Below are positions 1 to 7,089 of a DNA stretch of 14,010 nucleotides, piece after piece. How positions within the stretch are numbered: position 1 is the stretch's first letter; every line of letters starts with the position of its first letter. The stretch spans positions 1-14,010 of the forward strand of contig JBIIPZ010000078.1 of assembly GCA_044342325.1 (NCBI GenBank), given 5' to 3'. Origin of the DNA: Terrimicrobiaceae bacterium. Its GTDB lineage: Bacteria > Verrucomicrobiota > Verrucomicrobiia > Chthoniobacterales > Terrimicrobiaceae. The translations under genes were made by a program, and so were the position numbers. The notes under the pieces were generated by a model that did no database searches, had not been told where the DNA came from, and saw only the letters and a list, made by a program, of their open reading frames with translations.

Positions 1-78
1 TAGATTCCGCATTTTAATGCGATCTAAAGCTGTGATCTTCAAATGCGTCACACCTATTTTCGGTTGCAATTGCTTCAT
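1..78 (-). CDS. Possible 5' end of a gene running off the left edge (MKQLQPKIGVTHLKITALDRIKMRNL...)
   Basis: ATG at 78 (minus) with an open frame to position 1 and an A-rich upstream region. Only 26 codons are visible and there is no recognisable motif. Confidence 0.2.
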   Translation of the reverse strand, partial: MKQLQPKIGVTHLKITALDRIKMRNL

Positions 79-172
79 CTTGAATTTTTAATTTAACCCA
101 TTTCTTCTCTCAACCGGACACTAGTGAGTTGAGATAGTCTGGAGGTCGAAAAAAGAGGTGTGATGGCGAGAG

Positions 173-207
173 GAATATCCTGCACCCATAATTGGTGCGG
201 GATATTC
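173..207. other. Strong stem-loop (14-bp stem, 7-nt loop), possible terminator or operator
   Basis: GAATATCCTGCACC-cataatt-GGTGCGGGATATTC, with 13/14 Watson-Crick pairs plus one U-G on the + strand. It lies ~60 nt downstream of the minus-strand lipoprotein stop and has no clear adjacent U-tract. Confidence 0.5.
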
Positions 208-269
208 TGTCAGTAAGAGGTGGGTTCGGCCTCACCGCTGCGTTGGGGTGTTACCAGCCGCCAACCTTT

Positions 270-452
270 TTAGTAAGAGCGTGATGTTTGGGTCTCGACA
301 GTAGTGGAATTGGGGCTCTTGGTTGTGGTTTTTTGAGTGGTTGTCTTCACCTGCTCGGTAGGCGCTGACCTTTGTGTTCTTACGCTGAAGCTGCAACTGG
401 AGAAGACAAACGGAACCGCGAAGGCCATCAATAGGAAAAAGTGTTTTTTCAT
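270..452 (-). CDS. Small secreted lipoprotein (60 aa) with Ser/Thr-rich tail
   Basis: From ATG 452: MKKH (basic) - FFLLMAFAVPFV (hydrophobic) - FSSC (lipobox-like), then a low-complexity T/S/K/Q-rich mature part. Confidence 0.65.
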   Translation of the reverse strand: MKKHFFLLMAFAVPFVFSSCSFSVRTQRSAPTEQVKTTTQKTTTKSPNSTTVETQTSRSY

Positions 453-643
453 GACCCACAATTTTGCGTGATTAGGGAAGTAACTCAATGGGGTGTATAA
501 CCCATGGCGTGGTGCTCTATTTGAAAGGATTAGCCCCTCATAGTATTCTTTTAAAATTGGTCAATGAATCCGTGCTGGCGAGGCAGTTGAGTCCTATAAA
601 ACCGCTCGTTTAACGGAAAATCAATCAGTCACTCCGAAAAATA

Positions 644-671
644 TTGAAACTATTAGGTGATGGTTTATGGT
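644..671 (+). promoter_or_regulatory. Putative sigma70 promoter of the Fic gene, probably leaderless
   Basis: TTGAAA (644-649), 16-nt spacer, TATGGT (666-671), then 7 nt to ATG 679. There is no SD motif. Confidence 0.35.
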
Positions 672-678
672 TTAGTCT

Positions 679-1668
679 ATGGATACCGATTTCCTCACCG
701 AGAAAAGGCAGCGGCTTGATGAATTTCGGCCTTTTCCAGTGGAGTTGCTCGAGAATTTGGAGCGTTGGTTTTTGATTGAGTTGACCTACACCAGCAATGC
801 GCTGGAGGGCAATACGCTGACGCGTCTGGAGACGGCGGTGGTGGTGGAGAAGGGGTTGACTGTTGGCGGGAAGTCTTTAGTCGAGCATCTGGAGGCGACC
901 AACCACGCGGGCGCTCTCCGGAAGGTGGTGGAAATCGCTCGCTCGCAGGTTCACACCCTCACGGAACACACGCTGTTGGATCTGCATGCCATGATCTTGC
1001 ATGGCATCGATGACCCAAATGCCGGTCGTTACAGGTCGATACCTGTGCGAATTTCGGGCTCGAGGGTTGTTTTGCCAAATCCCGCGAAGGTGCCGGGGTT
1101 AATGTCGGAGTTTTTCGCGGAATTGACTGCTATGGCGGGCAGCCATCCGGTCGAACTTGCTGCGGAGGCTCATTATCGGTTGGTTACGATCCATCCCTTT
1201 ATCGATGGCAATGGGCGGACGGCGCGTTTGCTCATGAATCTGATTCTTTTACAACACGGGTATCCCCCGGCGCTCATCCGCAAACGGGATCGGGTGCCGT
1301 ATTTGAAATCGCTGGAAAAAGCCCAGCTTGGCGGGAGCAGGGAGGACTACTTGAAAATCATCGCGCGCAGCGTGGATCGGTCTTTCGGTATCTACTTTCA
1401 GGCTCTCAGTGGTGATGAACCCAAAGTGGAGGATTCATCCCGCTTGCTCCGGATCGGTGATCTCGCCAAAAAAACGGGAGAGACCCACGCCACACTGCGG
1501 CACTGGATGAAGGAGGGCTTGCTGGAGTCTGCAGAAACGACGGCGGCAGGCTATCAACTCTTCGAGCCCGAAATGGCCGAGCGGGTGCAGCGCATTCGTA
1601 GCCTGCAAAGCGAGCGCCGGACCCTGGCGGAAATCCGGCAGGAGCTGGAGGAAAATGAAAAAGGGTAG
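679..1668 (+). CDS. Fic-domain protein (putative AMPylase, class II) with C-terminal MerR-type HTH
   Basis: Canonical Fic motif HPFIDGNGRTAR (1192-1227) and N-terminal inhibitory motif SNALEG (793-810). The C-terminal LRIGDLAKKTGETHATLRHWMKEGLL...GYQLF...LAEIRQEL matches the MerR HTH pattern. Confidence 0.92.
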   Translation: MDTDFLTEKRQRLDEFRPFPVELLENLERWFLIELTYTSNALEGNTLTRLETAVVVEKGLTVGGKSLVEHLEATNHAGALRKVVEIARSQVHTLTEHTLLDLHAMILHGIDDPNAGRYRSIPVRISGSRVVLPNPAKVPGLMSEFFAELTAMAGSHPVELAAEAHYRLVTIHPFIDGNGRTARLLMNLILLQHGYPPALIRKRDRVPYLKSLEKAQLGGSREDYLKIIARSVDRSFGIYFQALSGDEPKVEDSSRLLRIGDLAKKTGETHATLRHWMKEGLLESAETTAAGYQLFEPEMAERVQRIRSLQSERRTLAEIRQELEENEKG

Positions 1669-1784
1669 TCCCAAACCTTGACATATTTTGGAGCAAGACC
1701 CGCAGTGTTCCGCGCCAGTGGGATGATTCACTGAGGTCGCTTTTTTAAGGGGCAAGCAAGTCGGCGAGGCGGTTCTGCGCTCCC

Positions 1785-2711
1785 TCAAACGGACCCGCCG
1801 CTCATTCTGGCAAGGCGGAAGCCCACGACCTCGATACGGCTTTCGGGCTTGCGACTGATGCGGAGTTTTTCCAGGCCGGGATGGAATGTTTGATTCCAGC
1901 AGCCGCCACGGATTCGATGGCAAAGAGCATAGTCCTCCTCGGCGAGATCCCAACACCACTCCCACAGATTCGGTGGAGTCTCGTAATTTTCCAATAAATC
2001 CACAGTCGCGGCAGTGGCATCAACCGGCAACTCTGCGGCAAGCCCGTTCTGCAGGTGGGCAGAGCCATTTAACTTCTTCCTCCCAGCCAATGGTTCCTCA
2101 AGCCAGCACATGCCGCTTCGTGCAGCCCATTCCCACTCGGCCTCGGTGGGTAGCCTGTATCCATTGGCTTGCATGTCCCAGCTCAATTCAGGCCAGTGAT
2201 CTTTCTTGAGATCTTCAGAGCGGTAGGTCTGGCCGCGTAACTTGTAACAAGGCGAAAGATTCAGCGACTCACTCTTGGCGTTGCACCACCGCAGCGCCTC
2301 ATACCAACTCACCATCACAACGGGACTGTGACATCCCTCGGCCTCGCCGTTTTCGAGTTCATACCCGTTGGCCAGAGCCCAATTTTTGACCATTTGCCAC
2401 TCCTCCAACATGACGGGAAATTTGCCGATCCGAAAACTGGCCACATTCTCGCCTGCCAAAAGCGAGTCATGCGGGAGCGTGCCACCGACGATGTCCAACA
2501 AGTAGGTTCCTCCAGGCGAATCTTCGGCGGGAACATGAAGAAAAGCCGACAGCAATCGCTTTCGATCGCCCAATTTCTCAACACCCATGTCGATCAGGCA
2601 TTGATCACACAATTTATCGAGGCAGGAATCCGTGATTTTGTGCTTCCTGAAAAGCGGCAAAAGATTTTCCAGATTTTCCTTCTTCAGGATGACTTTCAAA
2701 TTTTGGATCAT
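1785..2711 (-). CDS. SAM (sterile alpha motif)-like domain fused to an FGE-sulfatase/SUMF1 (CLec-fold) domain
   Basis: Likely start at ATG 2711 (MIQNL). The N-terminal LENLLPLFRKHKITDSCLDKLCDQCLIDMGVEKLGDRKRLLSA fits the SAM pattern. FGE motifs include FRIGKFPV, PVVMVSWYEALRWCN, GYRLPTEAEWEWAAR, NLWEWCWD, RGGCW and GFRLAR. Confidence 0.85.
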   Translation of the reverse strand: MIQNLKVILKKENLENLLPLFRKHKITDSCLDKLCDQCLIDMGVEKLGDRKRLLSAFLHVPAEDSPGGTYLLDIVGGTLPHDSLLAGENVASFRIGKFPVMLEEWQMVKNWALANGYELENGEAEGCHSPVVMVSWYEALRWCNAKSESLNLSPCYKLRGQTYRSEDLKKDHWPELSWDMQANGYRLPTEAEWEWAARSGMCWLEEPLAGRKKLNGSAHLQNGLAAELPVDATAATVDLLENYETPPNLWEWCWDLAEEDYALCHRIRGGCWNQTFHPGLEKLRISRKPESRIEVVGFRLARMSGGSV

Positions 2712-2714
2712 AAT

Positions 2715-2732
2715 CGAAGAACCAGTTCTTCG
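2715..2732. promoter_or_regulatory. 18-bp palindrome immediately upstream of the SAM-FGE start codon
   Basis: CGAAGAAC-ca-GTTCTTCG has perfect 8-bp arms and ends 3 nt before ATG 2711 (minus). Confidence 0.35.
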
Positions 2733-2799
2733 CCTGCGATTCCTTGAGTGTCTATTAAGGCAAAATCCCCACACCGGCGGTGATGGTCGTCGTTTTTTT

Positions 2800-3447
2800 T
2801 TAACGCCGCGAGGCCGCGAGTCTCAACGCCCCACGCCAATGCGAGGATTCCCTGACGCTCCATTTTTTGGAATCCAAGCCGAGGAGGTTCGGGAGTTCGC
2901 CGGGGCGGAAGCCCGCGCGGATGCTTGCTGGCATGTCGTGGCGGGTCACTTCACCCATAAAGGAGGAGGAGAGTTTGGAGAGGAAAAGCGGCAGGCGGGA
3001 GCGGAGGGGTTCGCAGAAGGTGAGGCTGCGGAATGATTGTAGGCGCACGCCGAGTTCGTGCAGCGCTTCGTTGGAAAAATGGTGCAGGATGAGGCTGCCG
3101 ATGCAGGCATCGGCGTCGATATTTGGCAGGGTTTGAAAAAAATCCCCACCTATCCACCGGATGCTGACCGGTAGGTTGGTGGGGCGTTGGATCAAGTCGA
3201 GACCGGTCACGGTGGCGGAGGGGAGCGATGTTTGGACTTTGCAGCACAGGTCGCCCTCGCCGGCGCCGATTTCGATGATCTGGGCTGGGGGAGGGGTTTG
3301 TTTTTTGAGTTGTCGCACGACCCATCTCGAGTTGCCGAGGTAAAGGTCGATCCACCGCAGATCCCTGCGGCTCCGAATGGCTCGGGAATCGCTTGGATTC
3401 AGGGAATCCAGAATCTCGGGAATGATGACACGATTCAGTTCACGCAT
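2800..3447 (-). CDS. Class I SAM-dependent methyltransferase
   Basis: Motif I IIEIGAGEG, acidic VTGLDL, GDFF and SLILHHF. The N-terminal PEILD...RDLRWID and C-terminal VTRHDMPASIRAGF resemble the methyltransferases usually found beside type III PKS genes. The start is ATG 3447 or TTG 3456. Confidence 0.85.
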   Translation of the reverse strand: MRELNRVIIPEILDSLNPSDSRAIRSRRDLRWIDLYLGNSRWVVRQLKKQTPPPAQIIEIGAGEGDLCCKVQTSLPSATVTGLDLIQRPTNLPVSIRWIGGDFFQTLPNIDADACIGSLILHHFSNEALHELGVRLQSFRSLTFCEPLRSRLPLFLSKLSSSFMGEVTRHDMPASIRAGFRPGELPNLLGLDSKKWSVRESSHWRGALRLAASRR

Positions 3448-3492
3448 GGGTTGCAATGACGGATCGTAAAAGATACTTCAAAATCATCAAAC

Positions 3493-4656
3493 ATGAGTTC
3501 AGTGATCTATCTTGATAACAATGCCACGACGCAGGTGGCTCCCGAGGTTTTCGATGCCATGGAACCCTGGCTGCGCGGGGGGTATGGAAATCCCTCCAGC
3601 GCCTACCGTCTCGGCCGCGAGGCGGCGGCGGCTCTCGCAGAGGCGAGGGATCGCGTGGCAGCGCTCGCGGGCTGCCAGAGTGGCGAGATTCTTTTTACAA
3701 GCTGCGGCACGGAGTCGATCAATACAGCTATCCAATCGGCACTGGCGCTTGATCCCGACAAACGCCACATCGTCACCAGCGCGGTCGAGCACAGCGCGAC
3801 GATCAAGCTTTGCGAATACCTCGCCCGGCGCGGTTACGAGATCACTTGGCTGCCGGTAAATGCCGACGGCCATCTCGACATGGCGGAGTTGGAGGCTACG
3901 ATTCGTCCGGATACGGCCATTGTTTCCCTGCTTTGGGCAAACAACGAGACCGGCGTGCTTTTTCCCGTGGAGGAAATCGCGGCGCTCACGCAAAAAAAGA
4001 AAACCCTGCTCCACATCGATGCCGTTCAGGCATTCGGGAAGTTGCCTCTCGTTCTGGAAGGCATGGGTGCGCAATTCGTGAGTTTTTCAGGACACAAAAT
4101 TTATGCGCCGAAGGGCGTGGGCGGTCTGTATGTGAGCCGTCGGGTTAAGTTCACTCCGCTGCTGCGCGGCAGTCAGGAGGAGGGACGGCGAGGAGGGACG
4201 CAAAATGTCGCCTCGATCGTCGGCTTCGGCAAGGCCGCTGAGTTGGCGGGATCGCATCTCGCGCAGGGCGTGGACTCCACACTCCGCGACCGCTTGGAGT
4301 CGAGCCTGCTGGCCTTGATCCCGGGAGCATCTGTGAATGGTGACACCGTGCGCCGCCTGCCCAATACAACGAATATCTCGTTCGAGGGCGTCGAGAGCGA
4401 AGGGGCTTTGATTCTCCTCGATGAGAAGGGACTCTGCTGCTCCGCCGGATCCGCTTGCACCAGTGGATCGGTGAATCCCTCGCATGTTCTCAAAGCCATG
4501 GGCCTCTCAAACGACCGCGCCCGGGCCAGCCTGCGCTTCTCCGTGGGACGCTTCACCACGGCTTCGGACATAGACCGCGCATGCGAAATCATTCCTGCTG
4601 TGGTTGCGAAACTTCGCGCCCTCTCGCCAGCAGGCCAGTCTGTTTTGGCCGCCTGA
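3493..4656 (+). CDS. nifS: Cysteine desulfurase, group I (NifS/IscS family)
   Basis: IYLDNNATT, YGNPSS, FTSCGTES, ANNETG, HIDAVQ, PLP-lysine motif SGHK and catalytic loop SAGSACTSG. Confidence 0.93.
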   Translation: MSSVIYLDNNATTQVAPEVFDAMEPWLRGGYGNPSSAYRLGREAAAALAEARDRVAALAGCQSGEILFTSCGTESINTAIQSALALDPDKRHIVTSAVEHSATIKLCEYLARRGYEITWLPVNADGHLDMAELEATIRPDTAIVSLLWANNETGVLFPVEEIAALTQKKKTLLHIDAVQAFGKLPLVLEGMGAQFVSFSGHKIYAPKGVGGLYVSRRVKFTPLLRGSQEEGRRGGTQNVASIVGFGKAAELAGSHLAQGVDSTLRDRLESSLLALIPGASVNGDTVRRLPNTTNISFEGVESEGALILLDEKGLCCSAGSACTSGSVNPSHVLKAMGLSNDRARASLRFSVGRFTTASDIDRACEIIPAVVAKLRALSPAGQSVLAA

Positions 4657-4684
4657 TCCCGGCCTCATCCACCTTCCCCAATTC

Positions 4685-6952
4685 ATGATCGAAAAACATC
4701 TCGTCCAAATCGTGCAGGAGCTTTCCCTGCAAGCCCGTCAAGTCGCCGCCACCGCCGTTCTCCTCGAAGAAGGCGCCACGGTTCCCTTCATCGCCCGCTA
4801 CCGCAAGGAGCGCACCGGTGAGCTTGATGAAGTCCAAATCACAAACATCCGTGACCGCATGCAGGAGCTCGAGGAACTCGACAAACGCCGCGAATCGATT
4901 CTCTCATCCCTCGACGAGCGCAAGCTCCTCACCGAAGAGCTGAAAGTCAAAATCGACGCCGCAGCGAATCTCTCCACGCTCGAAGATCTCTACCTGCCCT
5001 TCCGTCCGAAGAAACGCACTCGCGCCACCATCGCCAAGGAACGCGGTCTCGAGCCGCTTGCCGATTTGCTCTGGGAGCAGCGCACCGAGACGGACCCCGA
5101 GTCTGAAGCCGCGCCTTTTGTTTCCGCTGAAAAAGAAGTGCCCGATGCCGCAGCCGCGCTGGCCGGGGCGAGGGATATCATGGCCGAGCGCATCAACGAC
5201 TCCGCCGAGGCCCGCTCCGCGCTGCGCGAGATTTATCTCAACAAGGGCGTTCTCAAATCGAAAGTCGTATTCGACAAAGAAGCCGAAGCGGCAAAATTCA
5301 AAGACTACTTTGACTGGAGCGAACCCGTCGCCCAGTGCCCGTCACACCGCTTTCTGGCAATCCGCCGTGGCGAAACCGAGGGCATGCTTTTCTCGCGCAT
5401 CAATCCGCCCGAGGAGGAGGCACTCGCCGCACTCGACTACCTTTTTGTGAAGGGAGCCTATCCCTCTGCCGCTCAGGTTCGCCTTGCGTCGCAGGATTGT
5501 TTCAAGCGACTTCTCGGCTTTGCCATGGAAGGCGAGGCTCGGCTTTTCTACAAAAAGAAAGCCGACGAGGAGGCGATCCGGGTTTTTTCGGAAAACCTTC
5601 GTGAACTCCTCCTGGCCTCACCGCTGGGTCAGAAGATTGTTCTCGCCGTCGATCCCGGCTTCCGCACCGGTTGCAAACTCGCCGTGCTCGATGCCCAAGG
5701 CAAACTCCTCACCCATGAGGTGGTGTATCCCGAAAAAGGTGTCCGCGACCGCACCGAGGCTGCCGAAGTCATCAAGTCGCTTGTGAATCGTTTTAAAATC
5801 GAGGCCGTCGCCATCGGCAACGGCACAGCCTCCCGCGAGACCGAGACCTTCATCCGCGCGCTGGGCCTGCCCACATCCACTGTGATTGTCGTGGTGAGCG
5901 AGTCTGGCGCTTCGATTTACTCGGCCTCGGAGGTCGCCCGCGAGGAATTCCCCACGCTCGACCTCACCGTGCGCGGAGCCATTTCGATCGGTCGCCGCCT
6001 CATGGACCCGCTCGCCGAGTTAGTCAAAATCGACCCGAAATCCATTGGCGTCGGCCAATACCAGCACGATGTCGATCAAAGCGCTCTCAAGCGTTCACTC
6101 GATGACACCGTCGTTTCCTGCGTGAACCATGTCGGCGTGGAACTCAATACCGCCAGCGCGAATCTGCTCGGGTATGTCTCTGGTTTGAATTCCCGCACGG
6201 CGGTGAATCTCGTCCAGTTCCGCAACGAAAACGGCGCCTTCCAATCCCGTGAAGATCTCCTGAAGGTCCCGGGCCTCGGACCAAAAGCCTTCGAACAGGC
6301 AGCCGGCTTTCTCCGCATCCGCAATGGACGGCATCCGCTCGACGCCAGTTCCGTGCATCCCGAGCGCTACGCCCTCGTGGACAGCATGGCGGCGGATATC
6401 GGTTGCTCCGTCTCAGAGTTGATGCAGAACCCCGCCCGGCGCGCTGCTATCAAACTGGAAAAATACATCACGCCGGAGGTCGGCCTTCCCACGCTGCAAG
6501 ACATCCTCAAAGAACTCGCCAAACCCGGACGCGACCCGCGCAAGCAGTTCGAGGTTTTTGCCTTCTCCGACGAGGCGATGAAAATTGAGGATCTCAAGCC
6601 CGGCATGAAGCTCCCCGGCATCGTGACCAATGTCGCCGCATTCGGCGCTTTCATCGATCTGGGAGTCCATCAGGACGGCCTCGCACACATAAGCCAACTC
6701 AGCGACCAGTTTGTAAAAAATCCCTCGGATGTCTTGAAGGTGGGACAAAAAGTCATGGCCACTGTCATGGAAATCGACCTCGGACGGAAGAGGATCAGCC
6801 TCTCACTCAAGACCAATCCCGAAATCGGAGCCCAGTCTCGCGGGCCGCGCGATGACCGGAGCGGAGGCGGACGCAGCTTCCAAAGCAAACCCGCTGCCAA
6901 AGCCGCGCCGCAGGTGGATTGGTTCACCGCCGCGATGAACCGCAAAAACTAA
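4685..6952 (+). CDS. tex: Tex-family RNA-binding transcriptional accessory protein
   Basis: ATG 4685. Motifs: EGATVPFIARYRKERTG, LEDLYLPF, YqgF-like DPGFRTGCK and IGNGTASRET, DPLAELVKIDPKSIGVGQYQHDV, HhH repeats, and a C-terminal S1 domain (NVAAFGAFIDLGVHQDGLAHIS). Confidence 0.96.
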   Translation: MIEKHLVQIVQELSLQARQVAATAVLLEEGATVPFIARYRKERTGELDEVQITNIRDRMQELEELDKRRESILSSLDERKLLTEELKVKIDAAANLSTLEDLYLPFRPKKRTRATIAKERGLEPLADLLWEQRTETDPESEAAPFVSAEKEVPDAAAALAGARDIMAERINDSAEARSALREIYLNKGVLKSKVVFDKEAEAAKFKDYFDWSEPVAQCPSHRFLAIRRGETEGMLFSRINPPEEEALAALDYLFVKGAYPSAAQVRLASQDCFKRLLGFAMEGEARLFYKKKADEEAIRVFSENLRELLLASPLGQKIVLAVDPGFRTGCKLAVLDAQGKLLTHEVVYPEKGVRDRTEAAEVIKSLVNRFKIEAVAIGNGTASRETETFIRALGLPTSTVIVVVSESGASIYSASEVAREEFPTLDLTVRGAISIGRRLMDPLAELVKIDPKSIGVGQYQHDVDQSALKRSLDDTVVSCVNHVGVELNTASANLLGYVSGLNSRTAVNLVQFRNENGAFQSREDLLKVPGLGPKAFEQAAGFLRIRNGRHPLDASSVHPERYALVDSMAADIGCSVSELMQNPARRAAIKLEKYITPEVGLPTLQDILKELAKPGRDPRKQFEVFAFSDEAMKIEDLKPGMKLPGIVTNVAAFGAFIDLGVHQDGLAHISQLSDQFVKNPSDVLKVGQKVMATVMEIDLGRKRISLSLKTNPEIGAQSRGPRDDRSGGGRSFQSKPAAKAAPQVDWFTAAMNRKN

Positions 6953-6982
6953 CCGAATGCTATCGGTATCCTCTGTGAGGAT

Positions 6983-7089
6983 TTGACCACAGAGGACACA
7001 GAGAGCACGGAGATTTTAAAAAATAGAGCCTGAGGTAGGAAAGTTTCCACTTTTCCTCTCTCTGTGTCCTCTGTGCTCTCAGTGGTTAA
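6983..7089. repeat. Palindromic REP/MITE-like element with ~28-bp imperfect inverted arms made of 9-nt units
   Basis: Left arm ACCACAGAGGACACAGAGAGCACGGAGA (6986-7013) matches right arm TCTCTGTGTCCTCTGTGCTCTCAGTGGT (7059-7086) at 22/28 in reverse complement. It lies between the convergent tex and miaB genes. Confidence 0.75.

Noticed and set aside
232..459. Alternative 75-aa minus-strand ORF
   Set aside because: It overlaps the lipoprotein frame, which has a convincing signal peptide, whereas this frame has no features.
1669..1712. Perfect TTGACA (1678-1683) after the Fic-MerR gene as a MerR-type promoter
   Set aside because: There is no good -10 at 16-19 nt, no dyad within the spacer and no + strand gene downstream.
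1709..1747. Fic terminator (CAGTG...CACTG then TTTTTT)
   Set aside because: The stem is short and separated from the T-run by 7 nt. It is possible but too weak to call.
1800..1980. DGR variable repeat at the 3' end of the FGE/CLec gene
   Set aside because: There is no template repeat, reverse transcriptase or avd gene in the window. Many codons at would-be variable positions end in A/G (CAA, ACA, GAA, AAA, AAG, GAG) rather than the NNC/NNT expected from AAY templates. A remote DGR cannot be excluded.
2715..2732. LexA box
   Set aside because: The spacing is GAAC-N2-GTTC, not the N4 spacing of the GAAC/GTTC-type SOS boxes.
4604..4684. N-terminal extensions given by the ORF track for tex (also SAM-FGE, miaB, the DUF429-like gene, dapL and the pilin)
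   Set aside because: They overlap neighbouring genes, intergenic signals or the terminator. Family similarity begins at the downstream ATGs used here.
6969..7089. CRISPR array
   Set aside because: The repeats are inverted 9-nt units without unique spacers, and there are no cas genes.
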